64,000 bases of DNA from the human T2T-CHM13v2.0 reference genome, Homo sapiens. The stretch lies in NCBI RefSeq assembly GCF_009914755.1, contig NC_060929.1, one strand, 5' to 3'. The notes beneath the pieces were generated by a model that ran no database searches, had not been told where the DNA came from, and was given only the letters and a program-made list of their open reading frames with translations. Position 1 is the first letter of the stretch. Each line of letters opens with the position of its first letter. The translations under genes were made by a program, and so were the position numbers. Below, piece after piece: positions 1 through 13,451 of this stretch.

Positions 1-959
1 GTTCTTGTTTCATTTGTGGGTATCTTAATTCACCCCTTGAGCTCACATGACAGATAGGCTGGCTTTGCCACAGGATTGACCATTGTGCGATTCTGTTTCA
101 CCTTAAAGGGTTATTATCCTTTTCCCATAAATTTTCACAGCATTAATCCATCAATTTTTGATTTGGTATTCAGGAAGCGAATGTAGACCATGATGTATTA
201 TTTATTCAGCATAGATTCCAGACAGCCAGTTCCTTAGAAATCCATGTCATAATACCATATTATTAGTTTGGGAATAAAGAGGGGAGTAGGAATGGGTTTT
301 AGAAAGATCAGAATTCAATTTTAAATGATGCAGAGTTGTTTTAAAATTATATGTCAATACAGTGCAACTTTACAATGAGCAGAAGGCATGGCCTCCTGCT
401 GTAGCAACCTGGAAAACACTTCACTCTCTACTTTAAGTTGTAGCTCAACCTACTGTTTCATACGCTCTCAGAATGCAAGATTAATTCACAGTCGATTAAA
501 AATCACTGAGCACTACTCAACAAAGCACATCAATAATTTTACTAATTGTTCAAATCATTAATCCTAAAGGAGCTCATCATGATAGCTCCACTAAAAACAG
601 ACCTTCTACAACAGCGAAGCCAGCTGTTAACCATTACTCTTACCCTTGTCCTGACCCAAAATCATCTCTTCTGTCTTCACCTGCCTTGGAAATGCAACAT
701 CTCCACTGAATATTTGATTCAGACTTGGCTCTTTAAGAACAATTTCTGTGCAATAAGTAGCACAATACAGGGATAGGAAAACAGGTTTATCCTACTAACT
801 TGATTTGAGCAAATGATTTAACTTCTATGGAAGCCAGTCTCCTCATTTGTAAAATGAAGAGCAGTGGTGAAGGATGTAGTTATATAATGCAGGTAAAGTG
901 CAAAGCCCCAAACCCAGCATGTATCAGGGACTTAACCTCATCCATTTGTTCACCAATAT

Positions 960-2125
960 TTACTCTGATATTTATTCATCCCTCTGCTGTAATTACTGTG
1001 CTAGACACTGAGGATGCAGCAGTGAATCAGGCAAGCATCCTCCCCTCATGGAGCTTACAGTCTTTTGGGGTATACAAGCAGTAAATATGATTACTGTAAA
1101 TAAACTGCTATGAAGAAAATATGCCAGGGGTATGCTAGTAACTGAGGAGATGTGGCCTGCATTGAACAGCATGGTTTTGGGGAAGGTGATCTGAGCCGAG
1201 ACCTCTCAAAGATAAAATGCCCCTTTCTAGTGAAAAGTTGGGGAATGGGCAAGCCAGGCAGAGAGAATAAAAAGTGCAGAGGCTTAAAGACAGGAGAAAC
1301 ATGTGGTAGCCCAGGAGCAGAAGGAGGCTGAGTGGCTACAGTGTTATGAGAGAGTAAGCCAGGAGCGCCTGTGGGAATTGGCACCAGAGAGGTCCTCAGA
1401 AGCCAGGTCTTCAAGGTCATGGACACATGGGAAGGAGGGATTTGGAATTTACTGCAAGAACAATCGGCAGGGTTTCAAGAAGCCAGGGTCAGTTATGGGC
1501 TGACTTGCAGTCTTCAATGTGGAAAATGTTTTGCTATTGGCAAAGTGGCAAGGGGGAGGCCAGTTAGGACACTATTGCAATAGGCAAGGCAAGAGATGAG
1601 AAAGGATTGAATGGGGGTAAGAGCAGAGAGAAGTGCGCAAGATCCAGTGCATGTGCTGAGGGAAGACCGGCAGGACTTGCGTAGTTAGATGTCTGGGGAA
1701 GAAAGGATTCAGGATGACTCCCGTATTTTATATGTCCGTAGTTTGCTCTCCATTATGATAACATCTCGGGCTCTTTACTTTTCATGCCCTGCTTCAGGAT
1801 CTTCGCACCTGATATTTCCTCTGCACACAATACTCCTCTAGATGTTGGCATTTCCTTCGATATCTTCTCAAATGTCTCCTAATCATCCTATAAAACAGCA
1901 CCAACCCTCTATCCCAATCACTCTCCTTGCCTTATTCATCTTCAGAGCATGTAACTACTTGACATTGGTTGATTTGTCTGTAATTGTCTGATTCCCACAG
2001 CAGAAATTTCAGCTCCGTGACAGCAAAGGTTTTGTCTGTCTGTTCACTGTTACAGCCCCATAACCTAAAACCATGTGTGGCATATATGTCTTGAATGAAT
2101 TAATGAGAATACAAGTGAATGAATG
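960..2125. mobile_element. Degenerate L2-like fragments
   Basis: L2 3'-end-like text (atttattcatcc...ctgtgctagacactgagg; ...tgaatgaatgaa). Confidence 0.5.
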
Positions 2126-3245
2126 AAATGCTTTGTTGCTATAGATCTTGTCTATAGATGACTACCTTTCTGGTCAAGGCTTTGGACATCTCTTCAGTCA
2201 TCAGACAGAGTATCTCTGCTCTAGACCTCGCTGGAGTTCAAGCTTGAATTATTATATGCAAGTTAATTTTACAAGCCTGGATGAGGCTACTGAAAACTGG
2301 AAAAAAGCTACAAGACTGTAACAACCCTTCATTCTTTTTCATTTCCAAAGCTCTCTCCCCATCTCAAGCTAGAAAATAGTGTAACCAGACTACACAATGG
2401 AACCACTCCTAAAAAAATTAATATTAGCCTCTCAGCTTTTATCTAAATGTACCACAGTTTAAGAGCCTTGTAAAATTTGTTCCACAACTTTACTATAGGA
2501 AACCTTATTATAGAAGGGACACCACAGAACTCAATGGCCCACACATCAAAGTCCTCGAGTTTAGGACTGAAGAAAAGTCTGCTTTTGTAGAAAATGTGTA
2601 TGCTTCATGTTCTCTTTTACCAGACAATGAGAATAACTCATACTGATTCCTCATTTTTCCTTGACTTCCAGGAATGTCTGTGATAAATTCAGGGGACAAT
2701 TGCGAGAATTATCCTCAGCCATAAGTCCCTCACATGGTTATCACCTGTCCATTATGTATCTTTTTGTCCTTCATTTTAACATTTCTTTTATACATGGATC
2801 TTAAAGCTGCCTGAAATTCTTTCTGAAGGTAGATGGTTATATAATAAGTGACAGGGAACCATGAACTTGGATGGTTTATAAAGAACCTAGATTCCGGACC
2901 TGCCTCTTTAGCAACAGCTGGATGACCACTTCAGTCATTTATACCTCAGTGCCCACTTTTAACATCCTTAAACAAGGACTAATTGTCTCAAGTAATTTTC
3001 TTCAAGTCCTAAGGTTTTTACTGGCAGAGCTAAGACCTCTTAACGTGTCTGAGAAGAGGCACAGTTTTCACTAGTTTAATTGCAACTGATTTATGCTGCT
3101 GTCAACACCATAGCATCCAAAAATAACTTCTAAATGACAATCCATTTCTAACTCACCACACCCTCAAAGTATTTTGTCTACCCCATATTAATTAGCTAAT
3201 TTTCATTTATGTTTAAAAATATATATATAGATTTTTTTTTTTTAC

Positions 3246-3327
3246 CTCTTCAAGCCGTGTTCTTGTGGAGAATTGATTTGTTGTACCCATTACCATGTGG
3301 GCTATGGAAGATGAGCCAAGTTCAAAC
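3246..3327 (-). CDS. ERAP1: ERAP1 exon 18 (82 nt)
   Basis: FELGSSSIAHMVMGTTNQFSTRTRLEE; TAG acceptor, GTAAAA donor. Confidence 0.98.
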
Positions 3328-3880
3328 CTAGAGAGGGAAATATTCAAAAACGGGTTGTGAAATACTTATTCATTTAACATATATTTTAAGGGCCTCCTAT
3401 ATATAATAGCTTTCAGCTAAAAACTGATCGGTGTGAAAAATACAAAATATGATGTCTATCCAATGGGTTAAGATCTAGCTGTAAAGAATAATACACACCA
3501 ACAGCCTAATAAAAGGTTAAGTATCCAACAGAAAATGACAGAAGCAGGAAATGCTATAAGAGTTAGACAAAGACAGATGTGAACAAGCAAATGTGTTCAT
3601 GGAAGGCCTGGGCTGAACTGTGAGGAGGAAGGCTTCAGATATGTCCATGGGCTCAGGAAGGGGTTATGCCAGATGGAATGGAAAACATCCCTGTCCAGAT
3701 TCACTAGTTAGCACTGAAGTCCAGTTTTATGTTTTCTACAAATATTTTAGGTATTTCTACTGCCTATCTTCAATCAAAAAGTACCTTTAGACTGTTACTG
3801 TTCTTTTACAAACAGCAAGGCTAAAACACAGTAAGGTTATGAACTTATCCAGTCACAGCACAATTTTTGGCACCACTTAC

Positions 3881-4021
3881 TTTTGTACAAGTTTGTTCCA
3901 GTTTTTCCTCAGAAATTGCCAGGCCAGTGGGTATCCTACTGGGTTCCTGCCAATGAGTGTAAGAATTTGTGGAAACTCCTGAGTTTTTATTTTATCTCCC
4001 TTAAAGCTTTCATCTAGTAGC
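3881..4021 (-). CDS. ERAP1: ERAP1 exon 17 (141 nt)
   Basis: LLDESFKGDKIKTQEFPQILTLIGRNPVGYPLAWQFLRKNWNKLVQK; TAG acceptor, GTAAGT donor. Confidence 0.98.
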
Positions 4022-4515
4022 CTAGAAGGATTAAGAAAAGAAATGTTAGCAATGAATAGGTGATGAAACAGTTATGAATCACTGCAATAAAATTACTTGT
4101 AAAAGAAAAAAAAGTCTGCCAGTAACAAAGGTTAAAAAGATAAATGGGTAACCACAATCCTGATAAACCCACTATAGCTACATAATAAAAACTAACATTT
4201 ATATAGTGTTCATAACACCCATTCTCATATACCCTCTCATTTGCTCAAAAGAATAGTTAAGGAAGAGTAGCTCTAGTAAATATTTTTAATATGTTGTCAT
4301 TTTAAAGATGCACAAATGTATACACCTTTAAATATTTTTCCTAACACCTGGTTCTCCCTAATTATTTGCCTTTCTCATTAGATGTGTGCTGACTTGCAGT
4401 ATGTTCCCAGCAGGATAGACAATTCCTGGCCAAGAAAACAAAAATAGATGCCAGAATGATCTAATCTAATCTAATTTCCCTTGGCCACATGAACATGAAT
4501 GAATGACGGACTCAC

Positions 4516-4677
4516 CATTGAAGCTTTTCCTTATTTTGGGTTCTGCAGAGGGCAAATTCAATTTGGCTTTTCTCAGTACTGGACAAAGAAAACTGATATT
4601 TACTATAAAGAAAATCCCAGCCTTCTGTGCTCTGGGCCCCCACAGCAAACACTGCCAAGGTCACGTCGACAGGTAGG
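4516..4677 (-). CDS. ERAP1: ERAP1 exon 16 (162 nt)
   Basis: LPVDVTLAVFAVGAQSTEGWDFLYSKY...KEKLQW; TAG acceptor, GTGAGT donor. Confidence 0.98.
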
Positions 4678-4815
4678 CTATAGAAAGGAACACACTCGGT
4701 GAGAATCTGAGGTGCAGTAAGTATGTTTAGAGGCATAATGGTGACTAACTATGAACTGCTGAACTTTCCCCATGATCAGAGAAGCATGCCTGGAAATATA
4801 AACAAAAACTACTGA

Positions 4816-5128
<313 letters not shown>

Positions 5129-5870
5129 TAGTTACACTTTATAAAAAAAAGGCAAGAGAAAAATATCTAAAATTAGGTTTTAAGTAGCCTTCTCAAAAAT
5201 GTGAAATGCCATTTTTATAAATACCTACATATTTAAATACTTTAATGATGCTGGGTGACTCCATAGGGGATCACCTTTCAAGCCAAAAGAAATTCAAACT
5301 ATATTCAAAATTTACACCATGATCACAAGTCAGGACGGCAGTAGGACCACTGTTTGGATTTCTTTAAGCTGAAGCATGTAGGTTGTTGGCATAAATGTTT
5401 CCTGGGTGGGGTTTAAGCTCCAAATGTAAAAAGGACTGAAGTGTAGCAAGAATAGGGATTTCCAGATACGGTAAAATCCTACCTTGCTTAGACAGTGTCA
5501 GCAATTACTATGCATCCCTGTCAGGGAATTTGGAAGCCCAAAGAAACTACTATAAAATACAATGCATGTGTTTCTCTATGGCATGGCTGTCACCGTTTAA
5601 TAAGATTTTGCATTGCCTATACAAAATGAGAATTATTCCCATACCATCCTAACTCCCCAGATATTTGACTTTTATGCATAGAAGTTCCCTCCTAGCATTT
5701 CTTAAAGTTACGAGATACATAGATAAATCTTAAAAAGCAATTTATTTTCCAGAAAAGGGCAGCAGGGGAGACACTTAAACTTTTTGTTTTCCCTAATGTT
5801 TAGTACCAATGATGGAAAACAGAAAAGATGCCCTTCACATCAACAAATTGGTTATTTAGTAAGGACTGAC

Positions 5871-6055
5871 CTCAAGTTTCCATTGGATTCCTTCCACTTT
5901 CTGAAATAGCCTTCTGCCCTCTGTACGCACGGCTGATAGTTGTGCACACAGGCGAGGAGTAGTAGTTCACTCCGCAGCATTCGCTCTGAGACTGAGCCCT
6001 CGTCTGTCCATGTCTGCTTATCAATGAGGTCCCTTAGCAGCCTGATGAGGAAGGC
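5871..6055 (-). CDS. ERAP1: ERAP1 exon 15 (185 nt; residues 725 and 730)
   Basis: AFLIRLLRDLIDKQTWTDEGSVSERMLRSELLLLAC...SNGNL; CAG acceptor, GTCAGT donor. Confidence 0.98.
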
Positions 6056-6640
6056 CTGAGGGCGTTGTACAGGGAAACAGGGACCAGTATTGTCACAGGT
6101 CATTTCATGTTAATATAATCCATTATGGTCTCAGATGATGGGGGCTAATTTTTAAAGCAAAATCTAACTTTTACTGTATAAATCATGCAGCACTGTTTAA
6201 TTATAAAAGGGCCAAAAACAATAAATAATGATGAATGACTTTCATATTTTCATAACAAACTTTTATAAGATATCCTATCTACTTAAAGTCAGGATGAATT
6301 GCGACTTTTAAAACAAACTCAAAGAGAGTTTACATGACTAAATTTTGAGAGCAAATTATGCAACAAGACTTCAGGACATTTTGCCAAGCGTAACAATTTT
6401 GTGCCTCTTCCTCAAGTACCATGAAGAGTCCCAGAAAATCTGAACGTCAGCCATTGTAATAGGAAAGGAAAATGAAATAAAAGGTTTGTGAAAGGAAGGA
6501 AATAACAAATCCATGCAAATTAAATAGAGTCTAAGAATGCCATTCCTATTTTTAGTGCCAAATAAAACCAAAATCTTTGCTAGTCCATCTAAATACTGAA
6601 CTAATATTTATTTGCTTTTCCTTAATATGTATATAAAGAT

Positions 6641-6671
6641 ACACACACACACACACACACATACACACACA
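6641..6671. repeat. (AC)n microsatellite
   Basis: AC run with one interruption. Confidence 0.9.
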
Positions 6672-6731
6672 ATGATTAACACTCTTTTTAACACAAATAA
6701 TAATTACATAACTTTTATTTCAGGCTTTTAC

Positions 6732-6888
6732 CTTGAATTGAGTTTCCACTTCATTCATATCTCTTTTCTCCATTAACTTATACATAGGAATCAGCTCATT
6801 CAAACCTTGAAACACGGGCATAATTTCAGTTTCATGTTTCAAGTACAGGGATAAATCCAAGGCCTTTTCAATGGACAGCTTCCCAATG
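6732..6888 (-). CDS. ERAP1: ERAP1 exon 14 (157 nt)
   Basis: IGKLSIEKALDLSLYLKHETEIMPVFQG...VETQFK; CAG acceptor, GTAAAA donor. Confidence 0.98.
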
Positions 6889-7020
6889 CTGACCAAGAGA
6901 CACTGTGGTTAGTGGTTTAAAAGTAAATCCGGGAAGTCAACTTTTTGCTTCAAAATATATTTTAATCTTCTAGCAAAACAAGCAATCAGATATAAATGTC
7001 CCTTATAAATAGATAACTAC

Positions 7021-7316
<296 letters not shown>

Positions 7317-8595
7317 CTACTATATAAGTCTCTTTTCTATCACATATAACACAACATCTGGCATGTTTACACTAGGGAGGAAGTTTCTCAAACAGTAACG
7401 TCTAGGGCTAACATGTGGATAAGCCGGAAAGGAAGCACATCAGCATCTATCCCTGTGAAACACTGGATTGAGTGGTGAACTTCTAGAGTAAGCAAGGGAT
7501 TTCCATCAAAGACCCTTTAGGAAGCCTGGTCAAACAGACTATCATCTGGTCAAAACTATGAGTTCCTGGAGGAAACACATTTTCTTCTCCATTTCAAAGA
7601 CACTGCATATCCTTAGAAACCCTTCATTACAGAGGGTTAGTGTTAAAAACCTCAGTGGTAGGGTATATATTATATAAGTTAAAAAATAAAAAAGAAGAAG
7701 CCCTCTAAGGCTCAAGCAGAAATATTCTACAGAGGGGAATTTTTTAGGCAGAAAGAAACAGCTAGGTAAGCAACCCATAACTTTCTCCCCCATTGCTTTT
7801 TCTCACTTCAGGAGGCCCAGTATGGTGGTGAGAAGAACCAGAAGGCACTCAAAATTTAGGCCAGAAGGATACGGGTATGAGGAGAAAGAGATAATCCTTC
7901 CCACCTGCATGCTTCCTCTTAGGACTTTAGGTCTGCCTACATGTTGAAGAAGTTTGAGTTTTAGGCTTTGGGAGCATTTCCTTAAAAACCATTGTCATGG
8001 GGGAGGAAAAAAAAAAGGGTAGTGTTAATTCTGTCATCACACACTCAGAGATCATTTGGTTGGGCTACATTTTATGAGCTATATTCCATAAAGATGCTGC
8101 AAAGTTCAGGTATCTGGTTTAGGAAAGAAAAAAAAATCCCTTCTTTAACCCAAGAAATGTAATGCAAACAACTTGGGCCTGTGTCACTTAGTCTTCTAAG
8201 AAGACTTCAAGGCTGTTATAAAGACCCAGTGGTGGGAGAAACCTGATCCGGTATCGCGGGGCCAGAAGAAGCTGCGGGACCATGCCGCGGGGACAAGGCA
8301 AGGAGTTTCGCCAGGATGTTGATCTCCTGGTTATCTACACTTCCGCCTCAGTATGATCTGAATTATTAATGAGAAAGATTAAGATACAGATTCCTTCCTT
8401 CAAGTGCCTTAGTAGTCACAGACAGGAGGTTAATTATAAGACTAAAAGCAATCTTGGGTTGTTAGAAGAACTTAAAAGGAAAACACCTTTCAACTTCTTG
8501 TTATCAATCAATCATTTTTGTCTTTAGAAATCAAGAATTTGAACAATAACAGCTGCTTTCAGAAATAAACCGCGACTTTGTGCAGCGTGTATTAC

Positions 8596-8775
8596 CTGAC
8601 GAGCTGAAATGCATTGTTAATGAGACTCGCCCGATCATTACTGCTGACTGCTGTGTGTGTTCCTTTTAAAAGGCCAAAGAGTCCCATCCATCATCCTCGT
8701 AATGCACAATGTAATAGCCATTCATGCCCACATTAAATTTGATCCATTCCACCTCTTCTGGGAGGATGAGCACAT
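8596..8775 (-). CDS. ERAP1: ERAP1 exon 13 (180 nt here; contains frameshift, premature TAA at 8666-8668)
   Basis: [36 protein letters not shown]-stop. The expected [27 protein letters not shown] continues in another frame. TAG acceptor, GTAATA donor. Confidence 0.97.
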
Positions 8776-9273
8776 CTAGAGTAAATAAAATAAATCAAAG
8801 TTCCATTTGCTCCCTTGCCTGAAGAAAGCTTTTCTCATCCAAGATTGGGCAAGGAAATTAGAGAAGAGTTTAATACTGAAAAATTTGAAAACATCACTTA
8901 TTTCTCTCAGAAACCAGAAAACAGCAACTCAATAGACAAAAGCTAACACTAGCTTTAGACATCAATTTTGTGAGATTTACAGATCTATGAAAAGAATGGC
9001 AACTACATCTCTGGCCATACATATGATATAACCCAGTAATGTTAACAAAGTAATAGTGAATGTTCACTGGTAATCCCTCCTTTTTAGCATTATGTAATTC
9101 AGCTATAATCTCTATCTGGCAAGATATTGGCCATTCTTCTTTGAAACCAGAAAGCATTTTCAATCTGATCCCTTTTGCTTTAACCAAGATAAATAGCAAA
9201 AGAAACAGCACTTTAATCCTACACATTTTCACATTCCTCCTTGAATTAACTAGTAGTTTCCAAAATAAATTAC

Positions 9274-9353
9274 CTGTTTTTGTTTTTAGCAAAAATCGAT
9301 GGACCATGTCGGATTTGCTGGTGATGAATGTCAATGGAACATGCCACAGGTAC
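9274..9353 (-). CDS. ERAP1: ERAP1 exon 12 (80 nt)
   Basis: YLWHVPLTFITSKSDMVHRFLLKTKT; TAG acceptor, GTAATT donor. Confidence 0.98.
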
Positions 9354-10054
9354 CTAAAAGAAAGGAGAGGTGGATTGTTCCTTTGTTGATTCAATTCAAC
9401 AAGCAGTTATTAAATCACCTATCATGTGCCAGGCACTGGTTAGTTTAGAACAAGATAGTACCAAAACTGCTACAGCCAAGCTCTCAAAACATCCCCAGTC
9501 TGTTTTCCAGCTTTGTAGGGAGTGTCAGCTCGGGCACTATTTCCTTTTCTTGGACTCCTTGAGTAGAGCTAAGAATTTGGACTCACGTGAACCCTGAAAG
9601 CCTTTTTACAGTGATTGGCTGATTGCATCTCAGAGGCCTAACTTCAGGACTCATGTGCCTCCTGAATAGTATATTAGGAAGGACACAATATCACCTCCTT
9701 GGGATTCCTGTCAATGATATGTAAGCTGAACCTGATCATGGAGAAACAGCAGAAAATCCAAACTGAAAGGCATTCTATAAAATAACTGGCCAGTACTCTT
9801 CAAAAAATGTCAATATCGAGAAGCCCAAAAAAGACTGAAGAGTTGTTTCAGAAAAAAATGGAGACCAAAATGATGCAACAACTAAATAAAATAAGTGATC
9901 CTGTATTAAATCCTAAGTCAGAATTTATTTTCTATTTTGCTATAAGGATATTTTTAGGACAATTGGAAAAAGTTGAATGGGATTTATAGATAATAGTATT
10001 ATATAAAGTTTATTTCCCAATTTTGATAATTGTACTGTGGCTATGGTTATATAA

Positions 10055-10369
<315 letters not shown>

Positions 10370-10579
10370 ATAAATGTTGTTTTGTAGAAAATACTATGCT
10401 GAAACATTTAGGTGTGAAGGGGAATCATGTCACCAACTTACTGTCAAACAGTTCAGAAAAACATATGCCAAGTATATACATACAGACATATGTATATAGG
10501 TATGTATGTAGATAGATGGATATCGATTAATCAAGATTTAAAACCTCCTTAATCCTTTTGGGAAGATGGGGGAGGGAGG

Positions 10580-10712
10580 TGTATATATATATACATATAT
10601 ATGTGTGTGTATATATATACACATATATATATGTATATATACACACACACATATATCCACACAAACATATACATATATATATAGAGAGAGAGAGAGAGCA
10701 AGAGAGAGAGGG
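10580..10712. repeat. Compound (TA)/(TG)/(CA)/(GA) microsatellite
   Basis: Directly visible. Confidence 0.92.
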
Positions 10713-11337
10713 AGGTGAAGAAAGTAAAGGAGTAAAGAGTTAACATGTATCTAGGTAAAGGATATATAGTAATTTGTTGTGTTATTCTTGTAACTTCTCT
10801 ATAAGTCTGAAATTGTTTCAAGATAAAAGAATTTTTTAACGGTATCCATCCAGGGTCAATCAAGTTGCAGCATCTTGTTTCTAATAATATTCTTCTATAG
10901 CATTAAGCTGACAAACAGGTTCCAAATCTAACTCAGAAGAAGACAACTGAGTCTCTCATCATTCTCGGAAATCACCTAAATTCTTTTGTCCTCAGCTCCA
11001 ACCAAATGCTAGGCACTATTGTAATCTAGTAGCAGTTGCTTAGGTTGGAGTTGATTTCAAGCCAGTAACCAGAAATTACCATCATATCAAATTACAAAAT
11101 ATGAGAATGTTAAAGTAATTACATCGTCACCTTTACTGAGAATAACCAAGGTTTAAAGCCTCCTTAATCCTACTGGGAAGATGGGGGCAGGGAGTATAAG
11201 TCAACTTCATAGGATACACAGATGCAGCTGAAATATTTTAGCAATAGTGGTAAGGGCATTATTTCAAAAGCAAGGTTCCATCCTACAAGGCAGATGTTAC
11301 CTAGACAACAAAACAAATTTTACTCTAGGAGCATTAC

Positions 11338-11492
11338 CCAGTGTCCGGGGCGCCGTCAGAGCCCTTCATGTAGTGCTCTTGCTTCATGTGTACATTCCTC
11401 CCCCTCACTGTGATGGTTATTAGGGGAAAACCCCTCTGCAGTGTCCAAGTGTTCATCATGGTTTTCACATCCACCCCTTCCTGATGCCAATG
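11338..11492 (-). CDS. ERAP1: ERAP1 exon 11 (155 nt; residue 528)
   Basis: HWHQEGVDVKTMMNTWTLQRGFPLITITV...APDTG; CAG acceptor, GTAATG donor. Confidence 0.98.
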
Positions 11493-11884
11493 CTGGTGTG
11501 TACACAAAAAGGCAGACACATCACCCATTTAACCCAACTCTAAGAAAAGACAGAACACCAGCTTATGCTCAAACAGCCGCTACCAGTTGCCAACCTCCCC
11601 TCTTAGGAGCACTTTCTGATCCCTTTCTCAGTGTGATGTCCCCAGCCATCACACCTCCATTAGAGCACCAGCTGTTTGCTTGTCATTTTCCTCCACTACA
11701 CATACGTGTCTGGAGGACAGGTAGCATACCTAGTTCTGCCGGGCACACTTTGGGGCTGGCAATAACACTGGGCACAAAGCAGGCATGTGAATGAATGAAG
11801 GAAGAGAAGGGAGAGAAAGTGCCAGGTTTTCAATACCTACCTAACTATGCTGGTTTTGGACAAGCAAGGTGGAAACAATGTTCA

Positions 11885-12307
<423 letters not shown>

Positions 12308-12529
12308 TTAGTAAAAAGATAAAATGTGCCACAGGACAAATCTAGAAACTACTGAATAAAGCAGTCTCTAGGAACAAAAAAGCCAAGAAAGTAAACATAT
12401 AAAAAGAAAAAAGAAACATAAAATTCTGTTGTATCTCCAGACTCACCCTCAGCTTCCTCTGAAAACATCCCACAAGTCCAGATGAACAGAGACTCAGGCT
12501 GTTTTGTGACTTGATGTTATGAATACTTT

Positions 12530-12750
12530 ATAGCTTAGCAGTTAAAAACATGAGTTAGATCTAAATTCAAATCTCTGCTCTGCAATTTACCAATCAGATG
12601 TCTTTGTATTTCATGTTCTCAACTTTAAAAATAGGGATAGTAATAGTACCCAGCTCACAGGTTTATTATGAAGAGTAAAGGAGATAATACATATAAGTGC
12701 TTAACATGTGCCTGACACATGACAAGTATTCAAGAATGCTCAGTGCCATT
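12530..12750 (+). mobile_element. MIR-like SINE
   Basis: MIR core-like aaaatagggatagtaatagtacc...cacagg ttattatgaag. Confidence 0.6.
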
Positions 12751-13103
12751 GTCTTTGTACAAATGCAGAGCTCTGTAAATGACTGACATATCCTTTTGAC
12801 TGCTACAATGCAGCTGTAATCTGCTATAGAAACATGTCATAAATCCACTGCTTTAAAAGGGAAGCTAGAGAAATTAGTATCAGTGAGAAGCATTACCAAG
12901 GAAAGCTCTGCAACCCTCCAGTATAGATACACTTTAAGAAAAATTGAAAAAGATTATGAGTATGGAATAGTTTAAATGCAGTCTTATCTGGAATGAGGGT
13001 GATATAATCAAGGATCTCAGAAAGTTTGGCACAGAGCTGCCTTTCAAAGAATATGCAGTAAAAGAATGTGCTTGGGGGAACATGTACAGATATAGAAACT
13101 TAC

Positions 13104-13175
13104 TGAGGATGAAGATGAATGTTGACTTCTAGAGCAAAAGCCATCCATCCCTTTTACACCATCTGTAGGGCAAAT
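13104..13175 (-). CDS. ERAP1: ERAP1 exon 10 (72 nt; Cys/Ser-rich loop)
   Basis: ICPTDGVKGMDGFCSRSQHSSSSS; TAG acceptor, GTAAGT donor. Confidence 0.97.
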
Positions 13176-13319
13176 CTAAAAACCAAAAATAAACACATCA
13201 CTCTTATTTCTATAGAAAACAATGATTCTCCTCAGAGGGATTAACATAATGCAGGGAAAACAAAACAAGATGATAAGCCTGTCAATCCCAAATGCAGAGA
13301 TGTTCAAAAACATACTCAC

Positions 13320-13451
13320 ACTTGCCATACTATCCCACAGGTCCTCGTTTTTTGTATTTTTATAGCTATGCTTCTGGAGATACTGTACAATACCACTTTT
13401 AAATGCGTCAGCGCTAAGATACTCCCTTAGCATATTCAGAATACAAGCTCC
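13320..13451 (-). CDS. ERAP1: ERAP1 exon 9 (132 nt)
   Basis: GACILNMLREYLSADAFKSG...LWDSMAS; CAG acceptor, GTGAGT donor. Confidence 0.98.

Noticed and set aside
8894-9394. 166-aa minus-strand ORF
   Set aside because: Only 9274-9353 is exon 12; the rest is intronic read-through.
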